Of a stretch of 64,000 nt of DNA, positions 14,300 to 28,900 are shown one piece after another; positions within the stretch are counted from its first letter, which is position 1, and each line of letters starts with the position of its first letter. This stretch comes from Hamiltosporidium tvaerminnensis FI-OER-3-3 (Eukaryota; Fungi; Microsporidia), in assembly GCA_022605425.2 (NCBI GenBank), contig CM061252.1, forward strand, positions 868,001 to 932,000, written 5' to 3'. The position numbers were made by a program, and so were the translations under genes. Below the pieces are notes generated by a model. That model was not told the DNA's origin and did not search any database. It saw nothing but the letters and a program-made list of their open reading frames with translations.

Positions 14300-17200
14300 T
14301 AAAAGAAACCACATTTGATAATTATAAAGATTTCTGGTTATTTTTCATGTATATAATCTTACTTGTTTTTAGATTTGCTTTTCATATTTTAGAATCTTCA
14401 ATACGACTATAAGTAACTATATCGACTAAATTCGATAATTTTGGAGTACAGAAATTTACAAAATGCACCAAGAAATTTCATTATACATACAATATCTAAT
14501 TATTAAACAATTATTCATTATATTCAAAGTAATTTTCGGTATTAAAACATATATCTTGTAAAATATTTTCAAAAATTTTGGAATAGCCTACACACTATAT
14601 ACGAGATAGGTTGATCGAAATGAAAAAAAAATATTTATGAAATAATGTTCTTAAAAACGGGAAAAGTTTATTAACAACCTCAATATTGTTTCCTTATTAG
14701 ATAATTTCTTGTATTTTTGCTGTTTTTTGACTATTTAAAAATTTTATTTTGTCATCGATAATTCTCGATTTGTTTCATATACTATATACAAATATATCAC
14801 GAAAAAAATCAAAAAAAAAATTGTAATGAAGATTGCATAACCAAATTTTATACAAAATAAACAGTCATATTTTATAAGCATATTAGTAGAATTTGTATCA
14901 ATTTCTGAGCATTAAATAGTATTTCTTTCTTACACAGTATTTTAAAAATTTTAAAATCTTCAATTCTGATACATGTAACTCTATTAAACAAAATAGAAAA
15001 AATCAAGCAATAAAAAAAGTTAAGAAAAAAGACTAAATTTATTCTTAACTATAAATAAAATTTTTATCTAAACATCTGATTATCTATACCAATTTTTATT
15101 CAACGAAACATCTATTTTTTTAATTATATTTTTTTCCATTTTTCATATCATTCTAACGACTATACATAAAACAAATCGAAAAAATCAATTCATTCGAATT
15201 TAATAGAAAGATATACTATAAATTTAAATTAAAGAAAAATATTCTGTTACACTATACATAATTTGATAGTTGCGATATTTTCGTAATATAATTCTTAAAT
15301 TTTTTTAACGAAGATTTTCACCTTTTTTTAAATTACTTCATACAAAATATAATATGTAGTTTGACAAATTCGAAAAAATTAATTTAGAAATTTACTTTCA
15401 GAACATCAGAGCTTATTCAGAAGCAACCTTTTAGAGTACTGTAAGACTCCTCTATAGATTAATTAAAATTTGTGCATTGAATATATATTTTTTCGTTGAT
15501 GTTTTTTCAATTTTCAAACGCGACATATTTATAGGTATATATGCCTAAAAAATTCAAAAAAATTGAAAATTGAAACAAACACACAAAATGACTTAATATT
15601 ATCATAAAGCATAATCTAAGTATATAGACGTATTTTTTAAAATATTTAGAGCGTTATAATTATTTTATGGTTTATTTGGGCAACTTGAATTTTTCATAAT
15701 TGTTAAATTTCTTCATACACATATAAAAGATATACTAAGCAACATTGCAAAAATAAGTAATAAAAATTTATAAGAAAAACTGCTATATTTTATAGTAAAC
15801 ATAAAAATAAAATTATTAAAATCACACTTGATGTATTTTTATAGATTCCTATGCATTGAAGCGTTTATTTTTTAAGAACAGCTTTTTTATATTTTTTAAA
15901 TCGTATATACGACTGTACGAAAACTGATTAAGTAAATCAAAAAAATTAATAAATTGACCAAATTTTTTATTATCTCATTCGGAACTTTATAAATCTATAT
16001 GGAATGTTTTTACATTCTTTAGGTAATAAATCATATATTTTTTTAGTTTATTTTTAGAATCTTGCAATGGTTTATACAACTATATTGAAACTAATCTAAC
16101 AAAATTAAAAAATATAAAAAATATAGGTAAATCAAATACAAATTTAAGAATAAATATATTAGGTTAAGAATCTACCTGGTAGTATTTCGAATAATTCTTA
16201 TTTAAATAAACATAATTATTTTTATATTTTGAATTTGTGATAATTTCGAATAATTGAATATAGTATATATAAATATAACAAATGAATTTAAAAAATTCAG
16301 TCTAAAAGTTACATAGAATATTAGAAAATTTAACAGAAACATAAAATTAATGATATCTTAAGAACATTTATTATATGGTTCTCTGAGATTATAACTAATG
16401 TTTTTTTCTGAATATTTTTTTCTAATTTAAAATCGTTTCCTACAGTATATAGAAAATATTATCGAAAAAAAATATGAAAATTTGGAAAATGGAATTACAC
16501 AGAAACTTTCCTAAATCTTTCGTAAAATATAATTATATTAGATCATTATAAGAAGTTCTGTATAATTTTCAGAGAATTTTAATCATTCAAGATTTTCTTT
16601 TTTTTACTGATATTTTCATCATCTCGAATCGTCAATACGACCATATAGAAATTATATCGAAAAATTACTAAAAATTAGTTAAAAAAACTTACACTAAAAA
16701 CACATAATTTCATATTAAACAATCTTTTTAAGCTATTTTAAGAATTTTTAAGCCATTTTAGGTGATTATTAACCATTTAATATTATATATTTCATTTGTT
16801 TTTTTATTAAATTACCGAGTGTTTAATACTACTGTAGAAAAATATTTGAACCACTTTAAAAAAAATTAGGTAATAAAAATCCGCATAATCATGAATAAAT
16901 TCCATTATAAACAATCTTATTTCATTATTAATAACAGATTCGAAGTATTTTAATAAATTCTTAAGTATTTAATCGAATATATTTTTTAAAATTTTTTTTA
17001 TTGCTTCATAACTGTATACAGCAAATATATCGAATAAAATCGTAAAAAATTAGGTAATAAAAACTTGATAAAACATAGCTAGATTTAATTATAAAAAAGG
17101 CATGAAATATTGTTAAAAACCTATCTGATGTATTTACAACAATTTTAAAGTATTAGATCTTATATCTTTCGAGTCCAAGTTCTGCAAGATTTCTAAAGCG

Positions 17201-18700
17201 TTTCATATACTATATATAAAATATATTAAACAAAATTCAAAAAATTAGGTAGGAAAAAATGACATCGAAGATAATCAAAATTTTATTTAAAACTACAAAA
17301 TTAAATTATTTACCTAATATCCGAAGTGCTTTATGCAATTTTTATTCAATAAAACATATATTTTTCTAAATTTATTTTTTTCAAAATTTTTGTATTGTCA
17401 ATTCGACTCAAGGCGGACACTAGCTTTGAATAAAATCGAAAAAAAATGTACATAAATAACACCGAACATTAAGAAATTTATTTAAGTAAATTAATTTTCA
17501 CATTTAGATAATTTAAAGCGTTTAGATATGGGATTTTCAATTATTAAATTGTATATTTTTGAACCAATTTGTTTCCGATTTCCAGTCGTTTCATACACTA
17601 TGAACAAAAGATTTCAAAAAAATACAGTGAAAAAATTAAATGACAAAATTTATAAAAATGACCAAATTAAATAGTAAACATCATTATTTAATTATTATAA
17701 GACCATTCACTCAATTTACAATAATTTCTAAATATGTAATCTTATATTTTTATAGCTCGATTTTTTAATAATTTTATAACTTCTATTCGACTATACATAG
17801 ATGATCGACCAAATCTAAAAAAGTTAAATAGAAAAAAATTTCTTAAAATATAAAGATATACTATATAAAAAAATATTATATTTATTTTCACATATCTATT
17901 CTATTATAATGTATTTACAACCTTAAGATCTAACTATGTTTGAATTATTTTTTACATTTTTCCAAATTGTTTCATACACTATATACATAATATATAAAAC
18001 AAAATTTAAAAAAATAGGTTAAAAAAATCCAAAACATATTAAACTTTTAATATAGACTATAAAAAGAAATTATATTCTCCGTCCAAGAGATTTTTATTGA
18101 TTTTTATCTACTAAAACTTATATATTTTAAAATCATTATAAAATAATTTTAGAATGTCTATACCTATATACCAAACTATATAAAAAAACCGAAAACATAA
18201 AATAAAAAAAATATGCCGGAAACATGGCTAAATGGAATATTAAACATCACCAATTATATTATTATAAACATTTATGTACTATTCTCGTGATTTTTTAAAT
18301 ATTAAATTCTATTTCTTATAAGCTTAACTTTTTCTTAGTTTTAAAGCCTTCAATACAAATATACATAAACAAATCGAAAAAAATAGGTAACAAAAATTAG
18401 CACAAAACGGCGATAAATTTTAATATTTACAAAATCGAACAAACTAATACAAGATCTTTTATATCCATTCTATATATTTCAAATAATAATTCATATATTT
18501 TTTTGAATTCGATTTTCAAAATTTTAAATTTCTAAATACACTATATAAAAAAATTATTGTATGAAAGAAAAAAAAATTAGCTAAAAAATTTACATAAAAT
18601 ATAAATGATTTTAATTCCCTAACTTTGGAATAAGATAATATAAAGAACATTTAGAATGCTTTTATGCACTTCTAATATTACTTGATTATTTTATTGACTC
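14300..18700 (+). repeat. Degenerate tandem array 1 of a ~190-bp unit (~23 copies)
   Basis: Core TTTCATAYACTATATA...ATATCGAA...AAAAAATTAGGTAAT recurs at about 14400, 14590, 14775, 14960, 15155, 15335, 15520, 15710, 15900 ... 18350, 18535, spaced about 185-195 bp. Confidence 0.85.
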
Positions 18701-20249
18701 TTCTTAATAAACTTTAAAATATTTCTTAAAGAATAAGGAAAAAGAATAAATGATTAGAAAATATACTGCAAAAATATCTAAATTATAACGATTCTAGTTA
18801 ATTAGAAATAATATGAAACAATAAAATATATGAATAGAAAACTAACTATCTAAGGATAAAAGTCTCTTTGTACTGAATTAAAGAGCTATTTAAAATGTAA
18901 CAAAATAAAACTACGCAAATAGAAAAAAAACATAGGAAAAGTCAATATTTGAAACAAAGAATAATAATGTATGAAATGTAGACGAAATTAAAAATAATTA
19001 TATAAAATAAAGCAACGTGAAATGACTTAATTTATTTATTTCAAATATAATCCATGCCAATTAATGTAACTTTTATTGTTTTCTTCATACTACTATCTGT
19101 TTCCTTAAATCCGTATTTTAAATTCTATTTCCCTGCTTATTTTCAATCGAAGTATACTTTCATGTTTGTTGTATTTAAATTAAGGAGGTTAAATATTATT
19201 ACCATTGATTAGTTTAAATTTTCCGGATCATTAAGTATATATGTAATGTGGATATCATTTATTTTGTATTATCTCTTTTAAAAACATCTATAGGTCATTT
19301 AGATTAAAAAAAGTATAAATAATAAAAGTAAAAGAAATAAGCCCCAATGGTTAAACTCAATATTCTTTACAAGACAACAGTTTAGTGTTGCATTTACCTC
19401 GCAGACCCTTAAAATAAAAAATGCTCAAAACGTCTATATATAAATAACGAAGCTCCAATTTACTCGTGAATTTAATACCTATATTCAATATTGATTTTAT
19501 TAAAGCCAGGTGTGAATTAACACTTAATATCAATGTATTATACAAAAATCCATATAATCAGAACATAGAATGTAGCACACATTTTCTAAAGTAAAAAAAT
19601 GATAAAAAGCCAATTTTATATATTATTTCTAACACGATAATAAATTACTATGTTCATCTAAAAAAAAATATGCTAAAAACATATCAAGAAAATTTCTAAT
19701 ATGGTCCTCAGCCATATTTTAATTATTATTTTTTATCTCGACAAGATCAAATAATAGCAGGTTAAAATGTAAAACAAATTCGGACTATTGCGTTAAATAA
19801 TTTTCGAATGCTAAATTTAATTTTTTTGAACTATTATACTTGAGATCTTATAAAAAGGACAGTGTAAAAAGTTTAGAGTGTAAATTTCACTTATATAAAT
19901 TAATTTAAATATTTTACTTTAGTTGAAACAATAAAATCAAAAATATATAGAAAAATGTAATAAGATAAAATTAAAAGCAACCAAAATATGTAACTATAAT
20001 AGATCTTATTTTTAAATTTGAATTTCTAAAACCAAATTATTTTGAAAAAGATTTTAAACATATTTTAGTCTTCTGATACAGTACCAGAACAATGATGTTT
20101 ATTTTAAATACAGGAATCCTATTTTGCCATTTAAAAAGAAATATTTTATTTTTTTTCGTATTGTAAGTTTTTGAATTCCACTTTAAATGGAAATCTAAGC
20201 ATAAAGCCAAAAATTTTAGATTCTGACTTACTATTTTAAGGACCCACTG

Positions 20250-22250
20250 CGATTCACCCTTTTCGCACTATAACAGTGTTTAAAACGAATATTTAACACA
20301 GTATTTAATATATAGGCTTAATTCAGCATTGTTTTTAATTCTAAAAAATATTTACTTTATTATAGTTTACAAATAGTATTTTCAGACACAATAAAATCCG
20401 AGTTATTTTAAAATAATTTCCATAAATTTAAATTTCGTTTAAAAATAATTTTATCTCGATTAGCATAGTTTTATATTTTTCTGAGATAACTATTAGTCAG
20501 CAAAATTAGGATTTAATTATTTTAAATTTTTATCAGGGATTTGGCCATAAAAAAAAATTACTTTTTTTTTAGTAGAATTCAGAGTTATACGCATCTAAAA
20601 CATAAATTATAGTTTAAATGAATAAATTTACGTTTAAAGCTTATTAGAACAAACATTTACATATAAATATCAAAAAATTGCATCAAGGTTCTGAAAAAAA
20701 ATATTCCTTGTAACATCAGTAAAAATAACCCAAAAAAGAAATTACTAAACAAAAATAGTAGATTAACTTATTGATCTAGATTTATGTAAGAATCAAGATT
20801 TTATCATAGTAAAGAAAATAAATTTGAAATAACTTTATTATACTTGAAAACAGGTTTAAGAATTTCATTATACTAAGAATTCATTTAAAAAAGCTTTTTT
20901 CATAGAATATAAGAACTGAATGCACATTTTCTTTGGTAAAAACAAATTCTAAATTAAAAATTTGATATATCAAGATAATAACATTTCCTTAATGATAATT
21001 AATTTACTGTAAATAAATTTGAGCAACTAATTGAATATTATGAAACAATCTATTCTTTACTAAAAAAATTAAGTTGAACATAATTTTTCAACATATACAA
21101 TTAGAATATTTTTTTGTGCAAAATAAAAAGATTTATTGCCTCATAATTCTAAATTTTAAATAAACGGATAAATTATATCTTTAAATTCAAGAATTATCAA
21201 AAAGATTTCAGTGATACAATAAATCATTCAGTTATCCAATAATATATTATTATATGAATTAATTTACATAAAACAGAAAATCTTACCTTTATTTCTATAT
21301 TAGATCGGTATATCGTTCTGAGATACATAAATTTATAATAAAAAGCAGTTTTTACATTATAAATTGTATGCAATTCTAGTTTAAAAAATTTAACTAAAAT
21401 GATTTGAAATACAAATTTCTGTATATCGAACTAGATTAGATACAAGAAATATTGTTAATTAAATTATTTTTTACAGTTACTATTACTTTTTATGGTGGGT
21501 TTACTAATTTTCATAACTTCTAAAAGCATAGCTTTTTAGTCTACAACTAAAAAAAATAGTTTCAGTTTATTTTTTATATTATTGAATTTTGCTAGTATAA
21601 CAAAATAAAGAAAGACATATATTCCATTTCAAATACATTTAAAATAATGCTTTAAATTATGTTATACAAATTTTAGTATCGTAAAGAATTTTTTTGATAG
21701 TTAACAAATATAAGTTTATCCATTTAAATGAAAAAGTTTAGATATATATTAGATAAATTATTGGAAAGAGATTTAACGAATAATAAAGCTTTAAAAAATT
21801 AAATCAGTTTCTTAACTAAAGAATTTACTATTCAATATTAAAAAAGCTCGTAAATATAGAGGTATTTATCACGAATCTTATAGAAAAATTTTAAATTATT
21901 AAATCACCCGAGAAAAAGATAAATTCTAATAAACTTCTTTTATTTCATAAAATTTTATATTTAAATTAGTTTTTTATTTATGATTTGAATTCAAGAATAA
22001 ATATCACAATTAATTCTATTTTTAAACCAAACAAGGTAATATATAACGATCTATATGAAGAAGAATGTATTATTATAACCTTTTACAGGAATTTCAACCT
22101 AGTAATGAATATATAAATATAAATAGAATGTAAAACATCTAAAAGTAAAATAAAAGTATTTTAAAATATATAAAACTACCTTTCTTTCTTATAAAAAGTC
22201 AAAAAAAATATTTAGAAATTATATTTAAGAATTAAAATTGCTCATAAAAT
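20250..22250 (+). pseudogene. Decayed hypothetical gene lying between the two ~190-bp arrays
   Basis: CCC motif at ~20257, then ~2 kb of codon-like K/N/I/L/F-rich sequence with many stops. Based on compositional evidence only. Confidence 0.3.
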
Positions 22251-23439
22251 ATTCAAATAATTCAAATAATTTTAGGATAATTAAGCAGCATTTTCATACT
22301 AAAAGAAAAAATACTGAGTGAAAATACTTAAAAGTTTTTTTAAAATATATTAATTTATTAATCAATTTGGTTTTATTTATGCCTCAACCTTGATATTTCT
22401 AATATATTTTTAAATTCGTTATTTTTTTTTAAATTATTCAATCGACATTTTATTTATTCAAATTAACAATGAGTTGCTTTTTAATGAATTTAAATTTTTC
22501 ATTGTTAATAAAAGCCTTATCACTAATATATACTAAAGAAAATTGAAGAAATAATTTTTTGTATGTCATTCCACCTTTAACAAATTTCATTTTAAAAATT
22601 ATTATTGATCGTTAGTATTGGACTTAATCTCTTTATTTGATTTAGAGATCTGATTTATATAATTTTTTGATATACACTATCCTGAATAATCTCTTAATTT
22701 GTTAAAATGCTTAATATTTAGATAATACTTACTTATATGAACTTAAACAATTATTACAACTTATTAAATAAAGAATAACGTCATATTACAATAAAAAAGC
22801 TTTTAATTTATTTTTTTTCAAATTTTTATTTTTTTCTGTTTTACAAATAAAAAAATCAAATTTAAGAACTTGAATTATAAAATATTCACTTTTCTTTTTA
22901 TTTATTGTTGATTGATATTAACAACTCTTTAAATGATTGTTTATAATAAATTCTTAGCTTTAAAAACCGAATAAAATTAAAATTACATATAAGTGATTTA
23001 AAATAAAATGAAAATTTAATAGAAAAAATAAAATAAAGAATTAGATATAATTAACGTAATTGAATTTATTTAAATAATTATAATGTACAAAACAACAGTA
23101 CTGAGAATTCCACTTCTCTTACAAACTATTTATTATTTTTAGAAAAATGGTTTTCTAAAATCAATAAATATTAGCAAATCTGTAAATAATATGCTAGAAT
23201 TTATTATTTTAAAATTAAGATATAAGTAATTACTATTCAATAAAGCATATATATGAAGAATGCTACCATATATATTTTAAATATCAAAAATGAATTGTAT
23301 TTAAAATTAAGTGTAACAAAGTATTTCAAATGAAGACTTAATGTTTTTAAGCAACCATACTTTCTAATCTATTTATTTAAAAAAAGTATCTGCTTATCAT
23401 TGATTTTAGAGATAATAAGACAAGAAGGGATTTAAAGGA

Positions 23440-25220
23440 AATAAATTTAGGAAAACAATTAAAGGGTGTAAGTTATAAGGGTAGTATTGATTGGGGGTGT
23501 AAACAACAAGGTGTTAGTGGTAAAGCAAGAAATTATAAGGGTTTTAATATTAATATGGGTGTATAAAATGGTGTTAATCACAATTAGTAAAAAATAAAGG
23601 GTGATAATCACAATTGAACTTAATAAAGGGTGTTATTTTCAAGACATATGTATAAAAGGGTGTTAATCACAATTGTAATAAATAAAGGGTGATAATCACA
23701 ATTGTAACTAATAAAGGGTGTTATTTTCAAGACATATGTATAAAAGGGTGTTAATCACAATTGTTATAAATAAAGGGTGATAATCACAATTGTATTTAAT
23801 AAAGGGTGTTATTTTCAAGACATATGTATAAAAGGGTGTTAATCAGAATTGTTATAAATAAAGGGTGATAATCACAACAGTGAGTAATAAAGGGTGTTAT
23901 TTTCAAGACATATGTATAAAAGGGTGTTAATCACAATTGTAATAAATAAAGGGTGATAATCACAATTATAGCTAATAAAGGGTGTTATTTTCAAGACATA
24001 TGTATAAAAGGGTGTTAATCACGAAGTAACTAATAAAGTTTATTATTGAAAAACATAACAATAACAGGGTTTTAATACTATTTATATTAGATAAAGGGTA
24101 GTATTTCTATGACAGATGTATAAAAGGGTGTTAATATACATGGTAGTAGATAAAGGGTGTTAGACATATGGTAGTGGATAAAGGGTGTTAATATATGCTG
24201 TATTAATAACGGGGTGTTAATGTTATAAAAGTGTTATTAGGGTGTTAGTGATTAAGATAGTAATTATAAGGGTGTTATTTATATTGAGGTTATACTTTAA
24301 AGAGTCTTGTAGTATAGCTATTTATATAGATAAATAAAGGGGTGTTATTATAAAGATAGATATAAGGTTAGGGTGTTAATAAAAAAGCATTTTATACACA
24401 TAAATAAAGGGGTGTTAATTTATATAATATTCCTATTAAAATATAACAGGGTGTTAGTAAATGTGCTTCAGAAAATAGATAACGGGGTGTTAATTTATGA
24501 AATATCTCCAGATATATAAGAGGGTGTTAATAATAATAAAATTTATAGGAAAAGATAATAGGGGTTTAAGAAAATAAAATACCAAATGAAAAATAAAAGG
24601 GTGTTAGTAAAAAATTAATAAATTGGGTGTTATTTATAGAGATGTTCATAATAGAGAATAGTAAGGTGTTAATAATACATATTTAAAACTGTATATAAAA
24701 GGGTGTTAATAATCAAGGCATTTATATAATAAATAACAGGGTGTTAATAATCCATATTTAAAACAGTATATAAAAGGGTGTTAATAATCTAGGCATTTAT
24801 ACAATAAATAACAGGGTGTTAATAATAAGGAGACCTGTAATTTGCGCTAGAAGGGTGTTTTACTGGATCTTAGAATATATAGGAATAAATAACAAAATGT
24901 TAGTAAACAAGAAATACTTCACTATAAATATCAGGGTGTTAATAATAAAGTGATTGGTTATTGAAATAGCAGGGTGTTATTGAAAATAATATTTCAAAGG
25001 ATATATATAGAAAGGCCATACCATATAAATACGTTTAACTCTATACAAAAAGGTCTAAGTATTATAGATATTTATACCAATAAATAACAGGGTGTTATCG
25101 ATAAGAATAAATATTTAAAATTTAAAAGGGTGTTAGTAATAAGACAATAATAAACAAAATAAGGGTGTTAATTATACGGATATATTTTACTAAAAGAAAG
25201 GGTGTTAATTATATGGATAC
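23440..25220 (+). repeat. AAGGGTGTTA-core minisatellite (~30-bp period) with a homogeneous 88-bp higher-order block at ~23570-24030
   Basis: Dozens of AGGGTGTTA cores on one strand. TGTTATTTTCAAGACATATG recurs at 23631, 23719, 23807, 23895 and 23983, a period of exactly 88 (30+29+29). Confidence 0.95.
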
Positions 25221-25299
25221 TTAAAAAGATTGGATTGTTACTGATATATATAATGAAGCTATACCAAACAAAATCTGGGAAAAATTTAAAAAGAAATAT

Positions 25300-28200
25300 A
25301 AGTAATTTTAATTTCTGAAACATTATTAACTATTGTGAAATTACTCATAGTATTCAAGAAGTTTTTTTTATATAAAATCTTATATATTTTAAGAGAATTT
25401 TTTCATACTTGTCTTATCGTTTCATACAGTATATACAAAATATATTAAACAAATTTAAACAAAAAATAGGTATTAAATTACAATAAAAATAATTAAATTC
25501 AAAGGCAAATCAATAAAAAAAATATCAACCCGATATTTTACATGTATATCATTCCTTAATATCAAACTCAATGTATTTTTTCGGATTTAATTTTTTCATT
25601 TTTTTTGGATCTTTCATTGCACTATAGGAATCCAGATTGAACAAATCTAAAAAAATAAAGAAACAGAGTTTCAGTCTAAAAATGACTTAATTAAATATTA
25701 AACAATCTTATAGATTCATTATAAACCAATTCAAATATATTATAATATTTTTAATAAGTTAATTTTATTTCTTATGAATTTCATTTTTTTTTGAATCTCT
25801 TATACTGATATAATAGAAAATATATCTAACAAAATCGAAAAAATTAGGTAATAAGATTGACGAAAACATCACCTAATTGTAAAATAAAGAAACGTATTGG
25901 TTTTATTATGAAACATTCTGTTAGTATCTTAAGAATTTTTTAAGTACAATTCGAATATTTTTTTAGATCATCTTGCTAAAGTTTTTTGATTGCTTAATAC
26001 AATATATAGAAAATATATTGAAGAAAATAGAAAAAAGTAGGTAATGATACTTTGCCAAAATATAAACAGATACAATTATAAAAAGAATATGATATATTAT
26101 TATAAACTAATCTGACGCACTACAGAAATTTTGAAACATTAGATTATATATCTTTTGAGTTGAATTTTTTCATCATTTTCAAAGTGTTTCATGTATTATA
26201 TGCAAAATATATTGAACGAAGTAAAAATAAAATAAAATCAATAGAAAATATGAACAGATTTAATTGTAAAGCATAAAATAAAATTAGTTACCTCAAATCC
26301 AATATGCTTTTAGCATTCTTTATTTAATAAAACATATATTTTTCTAAATCCATTTTCTCAAAATTTTATAAACGTCTATACGAATATATATAGATCAAAT
26401 CAAATAAAATTAAAAAAAAATAGATTTAGAAAAACCACAAGCGAATCAAGAAAGATCGTTGTAAACATTTTAATAGATTCTAATATGAAGATTTGATATA
26501 TTTTCATTGCTTTTAATCTTTTAAAAACATATATATTTTTAATCCATTTTCGTACAATTTTCAATTCGTTCAAACTACTATGGTAAAATGTATTGGATAA
26601 ATTTTAAAAAAATAGATTTAGAAAAATTTACTTTGACTAGACTAAATTTTATATTAGATAATCCATTTATATTGTATTAAACTCATATGTACTATAAAAT
26701 AAATTTTAAACATTTAATCATATTTCTTTTGGACTTTTTTTTTACAGATTTCAGGATCTTTCATACTACTATAGTAAACTATATTGAATAAATTTGAAAA
26801 AATATGTATTAAAAATTTTTAAGAAACAATAAGCGAATTTTATACTGAACAATGTTAATGTTTTATTTTAAAGTCAAATTTAGTATTTGTAAGTAGTTTA
26901 AAATTAAAAACTATTTTTTTGAATTTATTTTTTTACGTATTTTGGAATTATTTTATAAAGTTACAAGAAAAGATGTCTAGCAAGATAGAAAAATAAAAAT
27001 AATAAAGTTCACATTAAACATCATAAAATTATAGTATTTACGAACTATTTAATATATTTTAATGTTTTTCAAGCAAAGAAACAAATTTTTTGTAAAAATT
27101 AAATTTCCGTTTATTTTTAAATTGTCTATACTATATACGGAAACTATTTTAAAAAAAGAAAAAAAATTGGTAGTATAAATTCACACAAAAAATAAGCCAA
27201 TTTTATTATAAATCATAACATAAAATTATATAGTAAATATCTGAAACTTTTCCTGCTTTTTTTAGTATTTTAATAAAATATTTTTTCAGTATAATTTTTT
27301 TGTAATACTTTAGAATCTTACATACGATTATATGGAAACTAGATCAACTAAAATCTAAAAAAGTAGGTATTTAAAAATAAACTAAAACATAGACAAATTT
27401 TAAATAAAACAAATCCATTAACTCATTAAAATATAATTGCTAGTGCTAAAAGTATCTTTAAGGATTAAAACCAACCATTTCTTTTAATTTCTTTTAATTT
27501 TTTTTTGTTCTAATTTTCGATCGTTTCATATACTATATAGAAAATATATCGAGCTCAATCGAAAAAAATAAAGTTCCAATATTCGAAAGAAAACATTATC
27601 AAATTTTATTTCGAATACATTTAGATAGCTATTATAAGATAAATTTTTATATATTTAGTGGGTTTTAAGTATTAGAACATAATATTTTCTTGTCTTAGTT
27701 TTCATAGATTTGGAATTGTCAATACTACTATAGTAAAATGAATTGAACAAATTTAAAAAAATTAGGTATTTGAAAATTCCATAAAACATAATCAAATTTT
27801 ATACAAATAGAACTATCGACTCAATAAAATATCATTCGTAATATTAAAATTATTTTTAAAGTACTGAGCCAATATTTTTTTTAAGCACTGTTTTACAAGT
27901 TTTTAGATTGTTTCATATATTATATAGAAAATATATCGAACAAAATCGGAAAAATTAGTTAACAAAATTTAATAGAAAAAGGAATCAAATTTTATTACAA
28001 ACTATAAAATAATATTAAAAACCAAGCATTTGATATATTTTAAGAAAATTTCCTTCGAATTAAACAAATATTTTTTAAAATCGTTTTTTTTCAACATTTT
28101 TAAATCGTTAATATTACTATAGAAAAATATAATGAAAATATTGAAAAATTTAGGTAATAAAAAATATTGAAAAAAATTCCAAATATAAAACTAAAGGAGA

Positions 28201-28900
28201 CAAAAAATATTATTGCACACCTATAAGTAGTGTTTGCAGAAATTTTTTAAAAAAATAAAATATATTTCGGTTGCAGTATTTTTCATAGTTTTGGAATTGT
28301 AAATACCACTATAGTAAAATGAATTAAATAAATTTGAAAAAAAAATAATAAAAAAATTTAATAGAAAACATGACTTAATTTAAAAATATATAGACTCATT
28401 ATGTTTTTATCCGAGAATTTGTTGCAATTTTAGTAAATTTATATATTTAATCTTTTATTTATAAAACTTGATTGCTTCAATTTTTTAGTTGCTTCATGTA
28501 TTATAGACAGAAAAACTTGAAACTAATGAAAAAAGATTATTAATAAATCTTAGTAAGAACAAATAATATAGTTTAGGCCTAAGTAACTTAATAGGTTATT
28601 ATAATTGAGCTTTGTATTTGCAGAAATTTTTAAGACATTAGATCTTATATATTTTTAGAATTTATTTTTTTTACAATTTTTTAAATGTTAATACGAAGAC
28701 TAGTCAGAGACTATACTTAAAAAATCAAAAAAAATACACACAAAAATTTACAATAAATACAGTCAATTTATATTTACACTCTAATTAGTAGGCATGTTTT
28801 TTAACTCAATATTTAGTAATTTTAGAAGCGTTTCATGCACTTTAAGCAATAATGTCAACAGAACTAAAAAATAAAAAATAAATATCACATTAAAATAGAA
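25300..28900 (+). repeat. Degenerate tandem array 2 of the same ~190-bp unit (~19 copies), same orientation
   Basis: Same core at about 25420, 25615, 25800, 25995, 26190, 26380, 26570, 26760 ... 27525, 27720, 27910, 28110, 28300, 28495, 28690. Confidence 0.85.

Noticed and set aside
23440-25220. CRISPR array (fixed core plus variable spacers)
   Set aside because: The core is only ~10 bp, spacers are related and duplicated, no cas genes are present and the context is eukaryotic.
14300-28900. CRISPR or integron-like cassette arrays in the ~190-bp repeats
   Set aside because: Sequence between cores is homologous from unit to unit, contains no cassette ORFs, and no integrase or cas gene lies nearby.
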